The notes: generated by a model from the letters alone, not told the origin. A stretch of 64,000 nt of DNA from Dicyema japonicum (GCA_011109175.1 RDEW01000005.1:1856657-1920656), one strand, 5' to 3'. Shown: positions 50,011 to 63,521, counted from the first letter of the stretch. Numbers and translations are program-made.

Positions 50011-51399
50011 TACGTAGCAGACGTCCAAGTCGATCGAAAATTCAAGAAGGGAGTATAGCATCTTCATGACCAATAAATCTGAAGTCACTAGTGAAGAAAG
50101 ATGCGCGAAAAGAGAAACATCTTCTTCATCGTAAGAAAGATGTGCGGGAAGCGGTCTGGCTGAGGCAACGAATTGGGATTGTAGTTGTCCGTGGAAACGC
50201 TTACTCCGTAATGTCAGCAGCTGCTCTCCCCCGTTATTGTTAATAAATAATATTTTATTGTTAAATAAAACGTGTTTACTGTGTAACCTATTTCCAAGAA
50301 ACTTCATCAAAATAAGCATTGCATATATGTCTGGCTGCTGAACGAAAAATACCGTGAATACGTCTGAGTTGGTTATGCTGGCTAAAATAGGGAGATGTCC
50401 TGAGGATATAATATAAACTATCAAATACAGTTTTGAAGAATTAATATGAGAGTTCAAGATGCGTTTCTATAACAAAGCCATATCATGCAGATGTGATGAC
50501 TTACAATATTGACATTTCATCGTGAAAGCTCAAGGAAATTCTCCTATCAATACCATATAGGACATGTGTCAGCAAGTTAATTTAAGATAAAAAACAAAAA
50601 ACCAACTTTCTTTAGCTTATTGAAAACCTGATGTAGTTATATTAAAACTAACAAAATTGAAAAATTTTCTTTTAGCCTCAATATTTTTTATTAACCCCCT
50701 GAATATACCCGAAAGAGGTTTTATCCATTTACCATGGACGCATCCTTTCCAAGATCACGTCCATCCATATTCTCCATTGTGGGAAGCCTTCTATTGGAAT
50801 AAGGAAGACAGGGAACCTATTTGAATTCCGGCCAAGCAATATCCTTCTCCTGAGTCAGGTTGATCACATGACGCCTCTTTGAATAGAAGAAGGCAAAGAG
50901 TATAAAAAATCCTTCTACCAAGTAGGTAGCGGAATCAAGCTCACACCTAATTACGGCTCGAGCGGCAGCACTAACTAACCTTAAATAAATAACTTAGAGA
51001 CACAGTCTTTTGTATTTAAAGCTTTAGTATTTTTTATGTTTATAAGGGACTGTTGTCCAGTCAAGATTCCATCTCCAAGAACAGTTAAGTCATTCGTCCT
51101 TAGTGATGACGTCACTGTTGGTATGTTAGGAAAAAGTTGTTAAATTTTCTTTTGACACTCAAAAACTTTTTTGTACTGATGAAACAATATTCCAGTTATC
51201 CTTTATGGGAAATACAAAGAACCCGTTTCTAAAATTTCAGAAAAACAAATAACTAATACACACCTGAATACCGGGAAGTGTACAATCTAAAAAGTTAAAA
51301 AAAACAGCTTAAATATAGTCAAAACATCATTCGAAACAATATTTGATGAGCTTGTCGAAGAAATGATGTAAATCATCCACAGTTCCTTTTGCGAAAATC

Positions 51400-52450
51400 T
51401 CACGTAAGTTATTCTCCAGAGGTTAATCTCAATAATGATAGACGTATACATCCCTTAATGAATTTGCAGGACCTAATCTCATCCACAATTTTGCCTCCTC
51501 ATCTTTTACAATGGATTTTTTCTTAATTCAATCTTTTGTCACTAATAGGCAATTTATAATGAAAGTGTGTCTATAAATCTCGTTTTTGTGCCCTGATTTA
51601 AAATAGGGTGAAATACTTTAAAAAAGTATTCTTCTCGAATGAAAAAGCGATCAAAGAAAACATTGCGTCCTAAAATGAGTTGAGGTTGCTGTGAGAGATA
51701 GCTGGCCAGGAGAAAACATCACTCATAGGAGTCTCCATCGGAATAATGTCACTAGTCGTCTTCTTTAACTGTGGTAATAATCAAAATTTATAGAATACGG
51801 ACTTCACATGGAATACCTGTACAAAATTCAATTTAATCCTATTAGATGCGGATAACGCTACATCAATAACAGGGCGACTTTGTCTCTCATTAATGCCTCA
51901 GCGACAAAAACAAGAGCAGACTCAGCTGAAAAATCGACTTTTTTAAACGACTTATCTTCATTATCTTTAACCAAACCTAAATATGAGAGGTCTAAGACTT
52001 TCTTTAGTAAATAAGGTATCATGGAGTTGTGGAATTGACTCACTCCTCTGTACAAGAACGATACATTTTTGTTCATCTTCAAGGGAGTTATACTTCCTAG
52101 CCTTTTGTATGCGTAAGAGAGATAGTTCTTCTCTCCGAATAAGGAGATCTTATCCCTCCTAGCGATGACAAGAATAGCCGCAATTAAGCTCTCCCTAAAA
52201 AAAGAAACTGAGTGATGGACTAAGCGAGGGGGCAGATATGCTGCTAGTACCAATTAGCAGGATTGGGGAAGATCGGATCGACGGTTTCATGAGGAAATCA
52301 AAGATCCAGGACACATACATAAGAATGAGAGAACCGTCTTGAGAAATAAATAAAAGAGGGAGGGTCCAGGTATGGAGTCTAAGCCTTGAGGTAGGAATCA
52401 GGTGTAATTTTTTCCATGTTTTTGTATAAAAGTGAATCTTGGAAAAACAC
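51400..52450 (-). mobile_element. Probable Gypsy-type LTR retrotransposon pol remnant
   Basis: KNVSFLYRGVSQF..MIPYL..VLDLSYL...K.F..DFSAESA..AEAL resembles the LTR RT thumb/connection region. Weak match. Confidence 0.4.
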
Positions 52451-53409
52451 AAAAAATAAAGCAGAAAGGTTTTCTTTCATAAAAGTCGTCTGAGGAAACT
52501 TACTGGGACGGATTTGGACGGATTCTCTACCAGAACCTCAAATCCAAGTTAGGAAATAACGGAATCTCATTGGAGACTGTTCGAACATTCTGTATACCTC
52601 AGAATGTTTAGACTCCACTGCAGAAATAGTAATGGTAACCCAAATCAAACGTTCTTGAGCTGATCCAGTATCATTACCATGGATGCTTCATTAATTCAGT
52701 TACTATAGAACGGAAGTGAGGGACATTGTGATACGCTAGTTACCATTATCACTACCATGGGATACCGGTATCGTTACCATTCAATTACCAGTATCATTAC
52801 CCTAGATGCTTCGATAATGTCTCCAAGTATCTGGAAGACTTCAGAGAAGTATCTACGTCCATTATTGGAAAAAAGAATTACAGCCAAATTAACGTAATAA
52901 TTATGGGCTTTTGGATTGACTATGAGGAAATCCTTGAGGAAATATGAGTGGAGTCCTGATGGCCTGTTGAATTGACTTAATTAGAACATGTATGATAAAA
53001 TATTAAAAGTAACGTCGAAATATTGGGCAGATCGACCAGATCAACCTTAAAAGACATGAGAGGAATGTCACTATTATTTAGTAACTTTGGTAATATTACC
53101 AGAACAAACAAAAAATCATTTATTGCAGTGCCTTAGTAAAGTTCAAATTAGTAGTAATCGTTCTGTCATGCTGATTAAATGAGAACCCTAAAAAGTTCTT
53201 ATTCCCTTAAATACATGTTTACCGTAAAAATGAACCACGATAATTAAAAACGGGGGAATTTCGGTTGAAATCACATTTTACTTTGTCCCCCTATATCGCT
53301 TTATTTGAAACCTCCCATTTTCATGCTCAGCCAAATAAGGAAACCGATTTTATCAATTTTAGTTATCAGAAACTTTTTATTTAAATAACGTAAAAATCGT
53401 GCAAGGACG

Positions 53410-53886
53410 ATGAATTTTTATGCAAAAGACGACTTTAGAAATAAATTTACAGAAAAAGAAAGTAAAAATAGAAAATTAATTTCAGTGAGGTTAAGCAGGA
53501 TTTATGAGTTCCCTCTCAGTCATGGTGAGAATTTTGAAGTTGTGTCAAATTCTCCAGGACTTGCAATGAAGTACGGGGAAGACTTGTTTTTCCAGAGACC
53601 CGAGACGTCAGAAGGAAATGACTTCAGACTTGATAGCACTCCATTCTACTATAGCGAAGATTCTTATGAAATGAGTCATAATGGGAATTCTGACAATCAA
53701 TAAAAAATTTTAGAAATACTTTTTTCCAAGAAAATAGTTCGGATCCAATTCATCAGGAATTTATTAATAAAATCGAAGAAAAAAGAAACAGCAGAAGTTT
53801 TAAAAATTATTCTAGACAGAAAGTTGATAAGTTAGAAACTCAGTGGAAAAATGAGATGACACTGTTACAAAAATTATTCCCTTAAA
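53410..53886 (+). CDS. Unidentified hydrophilic ORF, possibly extended by a frameshift-corrected second segment
   Basis: A 97-aa ORF follows an AT-rich island, then another stop-free stretch SSDPIHQEFINKIEEKR..QKLFP. No recognisable domain. Confidence 0.3.
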
Positions 53887-53989
53887 TGATTACATAACTT
53901 TCGGTGATATTCTAACAATATTTTTGATTTTTATGATTGCCTAGTCAGTTGAAGCCCGCTGGCGCCTTTTTATTGAATATTCTAAGGAT

Positions 53990-54235
53990 GGGTGAACAGA
54001 CACCATGCAATGCCGCCATGGAAGAATTTTTAGGCCATACTGTATCTCCTGCATTCAGAGACGTCCAAGAAGTTGTCTTCCAAGGACACTTGCTGATGAT
54101 TATGCAGTGATCGGAAGCCGACTGATGGATGCAGACGATCTGGACGAAATCAGGATACGGGCACGACAGCGAAAAGGACGGAGAAGACTAACGGAAAGGA
54201 TTATCGAAAAGCGTGGCACAGCGAAACCATAAACA
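53990..54235 (+). mobile_element. RTE 3' fragment
   Basis: RRPRSCLPRTLADDY...DDLDEIRIRARQRKGRRRLTERI. Confidence 0.7.
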
Positions 54236-55024
54236 GTGTTTACTGGTAACGCGGATGTGCTTTAACTAACAAACTAGTCAGTTGTTAATCTGTGGTAGGT
54301 TGAGGTGGTGACGTGTACCTATTGCATGAAAAGTATATTTTGAAGAATGAAAACCATGTCTTCATTTTGTCTAGTAAACATGGAGGAGGTGATGGATCCA
54401 GGAAACATCGGCAATCGAAGTTCTGAACAAAGGAAGTGGCGGATCTGAGGTACTATAATCAGTAAAAAATTTAGTTCAGAGTTACAACTGAAAAATCGAA
54501 TTCCCTTATTGACAACAACAGTTTTGGTGAGTTTGTCTCAATCAATTTTTTTAACAAATGCTTCAATATTAGAAATGCTTACATTCCACCTCATCATGAC
54601 ATCTCTTTCCTTTGACTTGGGCTGTTTTGGTAATATTTTTTGATGGACGACCTGAATGCGAAAAGTCTAATGTGAATCAAAGGTCAAAAAAGAGTGAATC
54701 TGGAAAATACATTCAAGATAAACTGGATTTCATGTACATCCTCAATCTCACAAAAAGTCACGCATACATTCTAGAAACTCTAGCAAGTCAGGTGACTATC
54801 CCGACGTCAGTCTATATTGGCAGATGCACTTGGAAGGAAAAAAATCGATTCCTGGTTTCAGGGAGAGATCAAATAACCTCAGAAAAAATCAGTCTTATAT
54901 TTTAGTCGAATGTTAAAAAATAATAAACAAAATAGAAAAAAATCAAAATTAATTATGTATTCAAATTACATTGAAAACTCCACTTTTCAACTAAAAATAG
55001 TTTAGCTACTGAGGTCAATAGCTC

Positions 55025-55950
55025 GCATGATCCTCTATACTAGTCTCTCCCACCTTCTCCTGTTCAATACTAGGCTCTGCAGACTAATGAGGTCTTCACT
55101 GTCCCCTTAGTGTTCTATTCACTGATCTATTTTGGCTAGGTGGTGACGTTCCTCTATTGCACTCATATCGTATACGCGGTTGAATGATTCTTCCTGGATC
55201 TCTACCCTTACTTTCAACGCCAAGGGCCTCAGCTAGTCAAAGAGGCACTAATATGTCTGGACCTTGAGAATTATCGATGTTCAGTATGAACATATGGTCA
55301 GAGAAGGACTTGACAAACGCTTTGGGAACTACAAATCTCGATTTACCGCCTATAAATCATGGATTATTGGTATTTATGTTTTTTGATATCTACCAGCCTG
55401 TTCTCTCTGGTACCTTGAATGCCGAGGACTCAATCTTATGTATAAAAAACTTCACCTCGCATGAGACCTGGAACGATACAAGTTATCCATATATTGCCTA
55501 CTGGACATGAAAATATCAGACAACGGAACATTGAAAATTGGAAATTACTGCCTGATTACCAACACAACAACCTGTCGTCACTATGGACTCAGCAATCCAT
55601 CTCACAATTTAACAATGGGGGATCTTGGAAGATGTGTGGTAGGATACTGAACGTACCACAAGGAATATGTCTTCAATTACTCAATAAAACACAATCAAAT
55701 CCAAAAATAGAATTATTCCTGTAGTAAAAACCAACTTCATATTACCAATTTTTCATCTTTATGTTACCTCTAAAATACGTGAAAAATTCATACACAGCTT
55801 TTTCATTTTTTCCTTCACAACACGGATTTCGAAAATTCTACTCCACCGCAACCCATCTATCTGACTCAATTCATCACAGACGGATTTAATTGTAAAGCAC
55901 CTCATGAAAAAACGATTCTTGTCGACGTTGATATTGAGGAAGCTTTTGAC
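55025..55950 (+). mobile_element. RTE 5' region plus decayed APE and RT
   Basis: TFNAKGLS (APE start) at about 55210 and LVDVDIEEAFDS (RT) at about 55915. The 5' portion is duplicated in inverse at 57590-57720. Confidence 0.6.
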
Positions 55951-56702
55951 TCAAATTAAAAAATTGATATGTAATTTCATCTATGGAGATTGGTTGAATT
56001 TTGTTTGAAAGCCTCACGTTGCAGATACTCTCAAATAAGTCCCACAGGTTTCAGCTCTCTCCTCATTGTTGTTCAATTTATGCCTGAGTGACATTCCTAA
56101 ACCAAAGAGAGTACACCTTGAATTCCAAATCCGAATACGCCACTAAGGCGCATTTGAATTCCAAATCTGATTGATTTTAGTTCTTATCTAATGCACGTCT
56201 CTTAAGAAGCGCTTTATTATAGACTTATTCCTAAATCTAGGTCTCCTTCAAGGTAATTCACTGTTTAGGATGTTATAACTATAAAGATGTCGTGAGTTCG
56301 ATTTCCCCAAGTGACTATTGATCAAGGGTTCTTCATATCTCTTTCACTTTGATCCTGTCCCAGTCTCTGGGCGACATCTAAAAGATCATTAACTTTCCTC
56401 CATTATTAGCCCTCAAGTAACTAATTAATCTTAGTTCCTGCAACCAGAGTGAGACTCATCCTTTCTAAACATAACGTTCATCCACATCCATCACTATGTG
56501 AATTTCTTCAAAGAATAAAAAGAAAGAGATCTTTTTATTATGCCGACGACTGGGCATCTCCTTGGACAGGAGGGTTAAAAGACCCTTCTTACTAATTGAT
56601 GGACAAAAAACAGGAAGGAATCATTTGACCAGATAAGTAGCGGTGTGGGAATACAAAACCAATAAATCATTTTTATCAAAAATAAAGAAATATTAATAAA
56701 CT

Positions 56703-57187
56703 TTAAAGTAGAGATTTTATGAAATTTTCGGTGTGCTCGGTGAAAATATCGCTTTTAATCTCATCATGCAATGACAATTCATAGTTTTTAGCGGCGAATT
56801 CAACGTAAACCTTAAAATACAACAAAATACGACATTTTTGTAAAAATTATATAGAGAATCCGTGTGAGACTCCGATACATGGTCCGTCATTAATATGAAT
56901 TTTATTCGAGTTGGAGATTCGTAGTAGTGAAGTTTATACCCACGTGTTGTCAATGAACGAAAATTGCCTCCACTAAACATTAGCCCGAAGCAGACTTTAT
57001 ATTCTGAGACATTTTTTGCATGAATTTATTCACAACGAAAACAAATCCATGAAGAAGTTGTTGATTCTAATAAATATTGTAATATATACACTTTTCCTGC
57101 ATAACTTGAATGTTTTAACTTCCCATATTCGCTGTAAAACAAACATTTCCCTTTGCAGTCAAATATATAGATCCCGTATATCAGCAT
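56703..57187 (-). CDS. TRAPPC1: TRAPP complex subunit 1 (Bet5)
   Basis: MLIYGIYIFDCKGKCLFYSEY, YKLHYYESPTRIKFILMTD and VYVEFAAKN. The frame is continuous after removing introns of 25, 23 and 23 nt. Confidence 0.92.
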
Positions 57188-57589
57188 TCACAAAAATTTA
57201 ATTAAATTTAAAATAATTAAATACAAATTTAATTTTTTTATTATTTTAACTTATTTTCACTCTTCAACAACGCGGCAACCCGGAACAATGGTTCCGGTTT
57301 CATTACTCTCTGCGGCTCCAAATCTGATCCCTACTATCAATCAGCGTTAGACGCCGCCAAAACACGTAAATTAGAAAAAAACCCACATCTCTCAAATTAT
57401 TATGAAAGAGGAACTCGTAGATTCAGAAAAGCTTTGGGTACTATGGAGGAAGACAGAAAAACACTTCAATCATGTTGAGATCTACCGAGATCACTTAATT
57501 AGATGGTTTAATTCCTTCTTTCTTGGAGTTCCCCTTTTGGGGTTAGATAATAATAATCAACACATGATACAACGCTTCCCAAAGTCCTG

Positions 57590-57720
57590 AATGGTGCGGA
57601 GAAGACCTGAGACCAGTCAACAGAACACTAATGGGCGGAGAAGACCTCATTAGTCTGTAAAGCCTGGTATCGAACAAGAGAGTGTGGGAGAGACTAGTAT
57701 CGAGGAATAGAATTATAGCT
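57590..57720 (-). repeat. Inverted copy of the 55025-55130 repeat
   Basis: The reverse complement contains ATACTAGTCTCTCCCAC and AGACTAATGAGGTCTTC, both shared with 55035-55100. Confidence 0.75.
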
Positions 57721-58374
57721 TATTGGATTCTATGTTCTTGCTCATAATAATAATCTTCACATGATCATGTAATTTAAGGTTTCTCATCAGTGATCTTACG
57801 CTTCACATTTATTTAAGCATTAAAAGTCTTAAAAATAACTTTAAATTGGTTAAACAATGGATAATCTTAATTTTCAGATCATGCAAAATTTTAGAGATTT
57901 CAATTTCTCACAACAAATTGCACATTTTCAAACCACTAACTGGCGTTTAACTCGTGATGATTTTATGGGTGCTTTGATATTATGGCATGGCGTTATGTGG
58001 TGCTACGTGGATAGTTGTATTTTCCTTTTTTCTGATGGCGTCACTAAATCCACCTTACTGAGGAGGCGCCCAATGCCTGGCCGGCATCAAGAGGATCCAA
58101 CAATTTTTCCCCGGAGACAACGTCGTTACCTGGTGACAATTTCTGGAATGCTGGAACGAGTCAGGAGTTTGGTTACCTTGGTCTTAGTTAGTTTGGTTAC
58201 CCTTGGTCTTTGGAAATAATTTTAATTGATTTTAACTCGTGAAAAAATGCCACTAAAAGTAAAAAATTAAAATAAAATATTATTTCCCAAATTCATTACT
58301 TTTTCAGCAAAAATTAAAAAAATAATTTTATTTAATTAAAAAAATAATCGCCAACATATCAAAATATTATGAAT

Positions 58375-61024
58375 TTAAAAGTGCTTCATCAGCCTCAATA
58401 CATTCCTTGAATAAAACATAACAAAAACAGCAATATCATCCTTGTAGAGCTGTTCAGTGATGTTCTCAATCGTGATTCTCTTAAAGCCATCCGAGACAAT
58501 CCTCTCTCCCTCAGATTCCTCAAATATGGAATCGATATAGACCGAATGTGGGCCTGGAGTTTTACTTGCACAAATTACTCTCAAAATTCGTTTCTCTCTA
58601 ATTTTGCAGAAAATGAAGATGAATGCCTCCATTATGTAGGCTACTGACATGGTGATTATTATCTATGTTTAAGGGACCAAACTGACTGTCGCATAAAAGT
58701 AAAACAGCATGAAGAATATTCTCGTCCAGTCATTTATGACGATAGCATAGGCTTCCTATCAGTAATAAAGTACCCCTAACCATTGTAAGGTACCAATTGT
58801 TCACAGCAGAGAGTTCGAACAGAACAACTAAATTTTATCTTAAATTCCAACCAAAACTCGACAAAATAGAGTTGAAATTGTTTTCATAGTAAAATGAAGA
58901 ATATTTTAACGACGTGTCGTTAGAATATGTACTTTCAAAAGGCGATCCTCTAAAATGAGCCACATTTTGACTACTTGCAACAATTTCTCAAATCATATTC
59001 TCCGAAAAGCTGCATCGCGAAAAAGGCCACTGAAAAGTAGATTAAAAATGCCGCCAAAGAGACACTTTGAGTGACAAATCAGCAAAACCTGAGAATTCTC
59101 ATAATTATTTTTTCAGTAATTAAGCAGAGATCTCTATAAATTTTAAATAAATTCAGAATCCTACAGAAATTATCAAAAAACAACCAAAGACATCTAAAAA
59201 TGGAGAAACAACGAAAAATTAGTAAGTCTGGATACTTCAGGGAGATAATCGAGACCAATGACAAAATATTGATGGTAATGTCAATACTACCTCACAAAAC
59301 ACATTATTACAAGTTGGAAAAACTGGAAAAGAAAAAGGAGGGTCCGAGAATACAACCAAAGATGATAGTTTCCACGGCAAAGACTAAAAGTACGCCTAAA
59401 ATGAACGTATGGAGAAGAAGATATCCATGGGAGATATCATATTTCTGTATTTACAAGTTGTACTGGTGTTCTCATATACAAGATAAACCGAGTTGATGGC
59501 AATAACAAGGTCTAATCGTGATAGACATGAGTTACAAGTAATATACGTGTAAATTTTGGATTTTCTTAGCCAACTCAACTCTAAAATAAAAGAAATCCAA
59601 ACTTTTGACAATTTGAGACAACGATGTGAAGGATCTTAACGTTTGATGCTAAAATTTAAAGTCACGTGTACATTCCACACGACATCGACGTATTTATAAA
59701 AGTTGTAAAAGTCATTGAGACAAATGTATCCTTTGTTTGAGCTGTCAATCAACGAAAAAAGAGACATGGAGTTTATTATGTCTAAATTTTAGATATGAGT
59801 ACTTGTCTCCCCATGATAAGCCATGAACACGTTGAATACCTCCTAGTGATTCCTTGGGGACACTAAATTATAAAACTCGCAAACTTCTGCCGAAAGCAAG
59901 AGTTTGAAGGCTGCCCTGCACGAGCGCCTTTGAGAAAGAATAATTTTCTTTATTTTGGCTTTTTCCTCGAACACATACAACTGGTAGGTCACAGCAAGGA
60001 GCTGAAACGGAATAAAATACGGGACTTACGACGTTCAAGAGAATAAATGTCGAAATAGTCAAAAATGAGGTGTAGAATATGAAAGTTAACTTAGTAAAGT
60101 GATATTGGGCCATTATTGCATTGGGGGAACTTATGTTGGTAAAAATATTACTTTGAGGTGGTGAAGAGCACAAACATTGTATGAAAGCTCCTTGAAAATG
60201 AAGAAAAGTGCTTAAATAAGGGAAAATAAATACATAATCGCCAGGAACGTCGCGGAACATTGAAAAACCTTAAATGAGGTATTTTGTTACCTACAAGAGA
60301 ATAAATCAGAATAACAAGCAACGTGAGGATCAAAATTCCTATAAATTTAGGCAAAATCTTGAAAGACTGCCTAATGAATCTGAAAAATGACAAAAATCAT
60401 TGAACCTTCTAGAACTGGTCAGATAAGGAGAATCGTAAAGAAAAAGTGGGAGTAATGAATGAATAAATCGATATCTATAATTTTTGGAGGCAACAATGTA
60501 AATTTTCTGACAAAATATGGCCACGAGGATGATCAACTAAAGTCAGCTTACAAGATTACGTTAAAAATTAGGTATCTCTTCTTGTAAATGTTCTCAATCC
60601 CCATGACCTTTATTTTTAGCAGGTAAATTGCCATCAAAAAACTCAAAGGGAAAAACTGAACGATACCAACAACCTTAAAATTAACGAATTTGTACATCGA
60701 CGTGGTTTACATTGTAGGATTTGTTCTGTAACAGCATCAGAAGTAATATGAACAGAATTGTAAATAATTCGGTCACCGAAAAACATTTTCCTGTGAGGAT
60801 TTTGTAGTATTTATATGTTTTAAGGTCGGTAGGATGAGTATACTTGATATTGTGTTCTCCTCCTTGATGTAAATGAGCCCTTCTGAGATGTTGTAATGCC
60901 ATATCATTTTCGTAACCGTATTTTCGTCCAATTCAGGGTTATTTATATTTAAGGACTCTAAAAGATTGTTTGATACTGCTCCAATGTTTAGAGGACCGGA
61001 AGGAATAGATCCGATCATGACCAC
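58375..61024 (-). CDS. TPCN: Two-pore channel (TPC family), multi-exon
   Basis: IYIKE(G)EHNIKYTHP, ELFTILFILLL, SFHTMFVLFTTS..FPNAIM..Y and LLNVVSPVFY (domain I pore), with C-terminal IMEAF. The paralog (TPC1/2/3) is unresolved. Confidence 0.78.
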
Positions 61025-61133
61025 AATATAATTATTATACCGACTCTATGTAATTTTATTTTTTTTGAATGTATTAATTTATTTCGAATTTAAAATTGAA
61101 ATTTATTCAATAAAATAATAAAAATTATTTTAT

Positions 61134-61540
61134 TTAGCAATATCTAATTTGACCTATCTTTCTTGGTGGTCTTGGAATTAAATAAATAAATTTTTCTTTG
61201 TCTTTTGGAGCTTCTATACAAACAATTTGTTCTACCAAGTATCGAATACACTTGTGCTGCATGAATTGCTCTGTTATCGCTATCGCAGAGAGCAAACTGG
61301 AATTGTTGCAAAACCCATGTTTCAAAATATTGTTGAGATTGTCGAAAAAGACACCCACTTCGTTTTTTCGGAGAACACTAAACGTCCCTCCAATCAAAAA
61401 ATACGTTACAGAACGTCACCCAGACTTCCCCAAGATGGTAAAGTCTTATGAAAATCCTTTCGGGCGGAAGTCAAACTATATCTGGACGCCGCCCAAAATG
61501 CGAAAAAAACCTTCCCCTTTATGGAGATTAATTTAGGACA
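61134..61540. mobile_element. Decayed LINE 3' fragments on both strands
   Basis: Minus-strand IPRPPRKIGQ and plus-strand WTPPKMRKKP..W resemble the LINE terminal WxP..R.RGRP..W motif. Confidence 0.4.
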
Positions 61541-62384
61541 TCAAAACTAACCGCAGGAGAACCAAGCAATCATTTATATGGTTCCTTTATCTACTACCAA
61601 GCAATCAGTTATATGGTTTATTGATAAGGTAGTAGGATTGGGCCTGTTTACTACAACAAAAGTAGGCAGTTTCTACCATGAGCAGGCTACTCGCATGAAA
61701 ACCTGAGATGTAATCCTTGACAGAGATTTGCTCCGCTACCAAGGTAACGTAAACATACTGGTCGTTATGACCAAAATAATGTACTATAATGATTTCTACG
61801 GTTTAATCGTTAATAAGTGGAGATATCATAATTTATAGACGATTTGTATATTTTTTGTTAGAATTCGTTTTCTAAACAAAAATTGCGATTGAAAGACAAA
61901 TAATCGGCATGTGATCACTAATCGTTGTGAACCACTAAGACATGTGTTAACTGTCAGACCATTTGAATCAATGGCCTTAATTCGCCATTAAAGGCATGTC
62001 TTCATAATACTCACAAGCCAATTATCAAGGAAATTAGTTCCCGTCGTTTGTGCCACTTCCCAGATTACTTTTCGTTAGACATCTTACGTTCTCTTTGAGG
62101 TTGGGGGACAGTCCTCTCTAATATACAACCAATGACTATTCAAGCATAGAGTTAGCAAATTTACAAAAAAACATTTAAAACTACAAAAAAATTATCAAAA
62201 ATCAGCTAAATCTCCTTCTGATAGAGAAGGCAAGAGAAATTTGTTCACGTGGTAGATACCGCTCAATTTGTTCATCAGATAGGTCCATAAGAATAGAAAT
62301 GACCTCAGACTGGATAATTTACAAAAAAATACTTTATCATTTTCATCAACTGATCTGCCAGCCAAAATAGACTAAAATTACACT

Positions 62385-63426
62385 TTAAACTACTTTCAAA
62401 AAAGAAGTTGAAAAACGGGGGAAATTCCGGGGGTCAAAATTGGGCCTAGACTTCCTTTTCTTGCTAGGTCTGTACCCTTCATTAATTGGGCATCTATATG
62501 GGATTTCCTGGCCGTAATATTCAGGTTGCACAGAGTTGTCGGAACGGTAGGGAAGGGGATTATAATACTCTCTTGAGTTACTGGCGTACTCAGACAAGTC
62601 TAAATAAATTAACTATCAGACTTTGAGGAGGAGGGGTGCCAACATAAATAGGCTCATACGACTGCGGATTGTTCGACATTTGAGCTGAAACGCTATCTTT
62701 ACAGCCAGGCTTGTGAAAAAACGACTATTAACAACACAAAGTCAAATAATATATTTTTTAATAAACAGTCTTACATGAAGTGATTTTGTGTCCACTACGC
62801 CTAAAACAACCATGGATTGCAGAATGGCGTACGTAAGTGCACTGTTTTGGCACAACATCATTCGGGCCTCGGACGGGTTTGATACGGCAAAATACTGCAA
62901 TCAACAACTGATTACCTTTAAGTTTCTCAAGGTCTCGGAAAGGTTTTCTGGAGACATAGACTGTACAGTCTCGACGATGCACTGAGTGACCTTAGAAGGG
63001 TCAGTGACGTCGGGGACACAGGGGGCGGGTGTAGTAATCTGGCCAACTTGTTGAGCAACCGCGTTGACCACTTGAGTGTAATTTGCAGTTGTTTGATTGT
63101 CTGAAGCTAAAAGAAGGGGGATACCAAAGTGCTGTTCTCCAGCAGCAGGACCAACCCTGAGAGGTCTTCCATTGACGTCACAGTTTGCCAGATTGCGTAG
63201 AGCACTCTGAGCTGTTTCAATGTCAGCATACTCGCAGAAACCATAACCCTTAGGTTTTCCAGTCTCTTTGTCATAGACCAGCCTAAAACTGGCTATTGGG
63301 CCTACTTTTGAAAACATTTCTCTAAGTTTAGCCTCACTAACATCGTAGGGAATATTTCCAACTAATATGAATTACAATTTCATTACCAAATACAGATCTT
63401 TGTGCCTTATCACTATTCATGGCCAT
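62385..63426 (-). CDS. CSTF2: Cleavage stimulation factor 64 kDa subunit, 3' end approximate
   Basis: QRSVF|VGNIPY (25-nt intron), [31 protein letters not shown] and hinge [15 protein letters not shown]. Confidence 0.9.
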
Positions 63427-63521
63427 GACACACGTGAAGGATAATTTAAGTAATAAATTATTTATTTAAGCATAAATAAAAAAAATTTTAATTTATTGTG
63501 TTTTATTATAAATAAATTCAT
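63427..63521. promoter_or_regulatory. Putative bidirectional promoter between CSTF2 and AGPAT
   Basis: Only 95 bp, almost all A/T, separate two divergent start codons. Confidence 0.55.

Noticed and set aside
63098-63125. Possible 18-nt intron in CSTF2 (GTATCCCCCTTCTTTTAG)
   Set aside because: It is in frame, stop-free, lies in a non-conserved linker and is shorter than all supported introns. It cannot be decided without RNA-seq.
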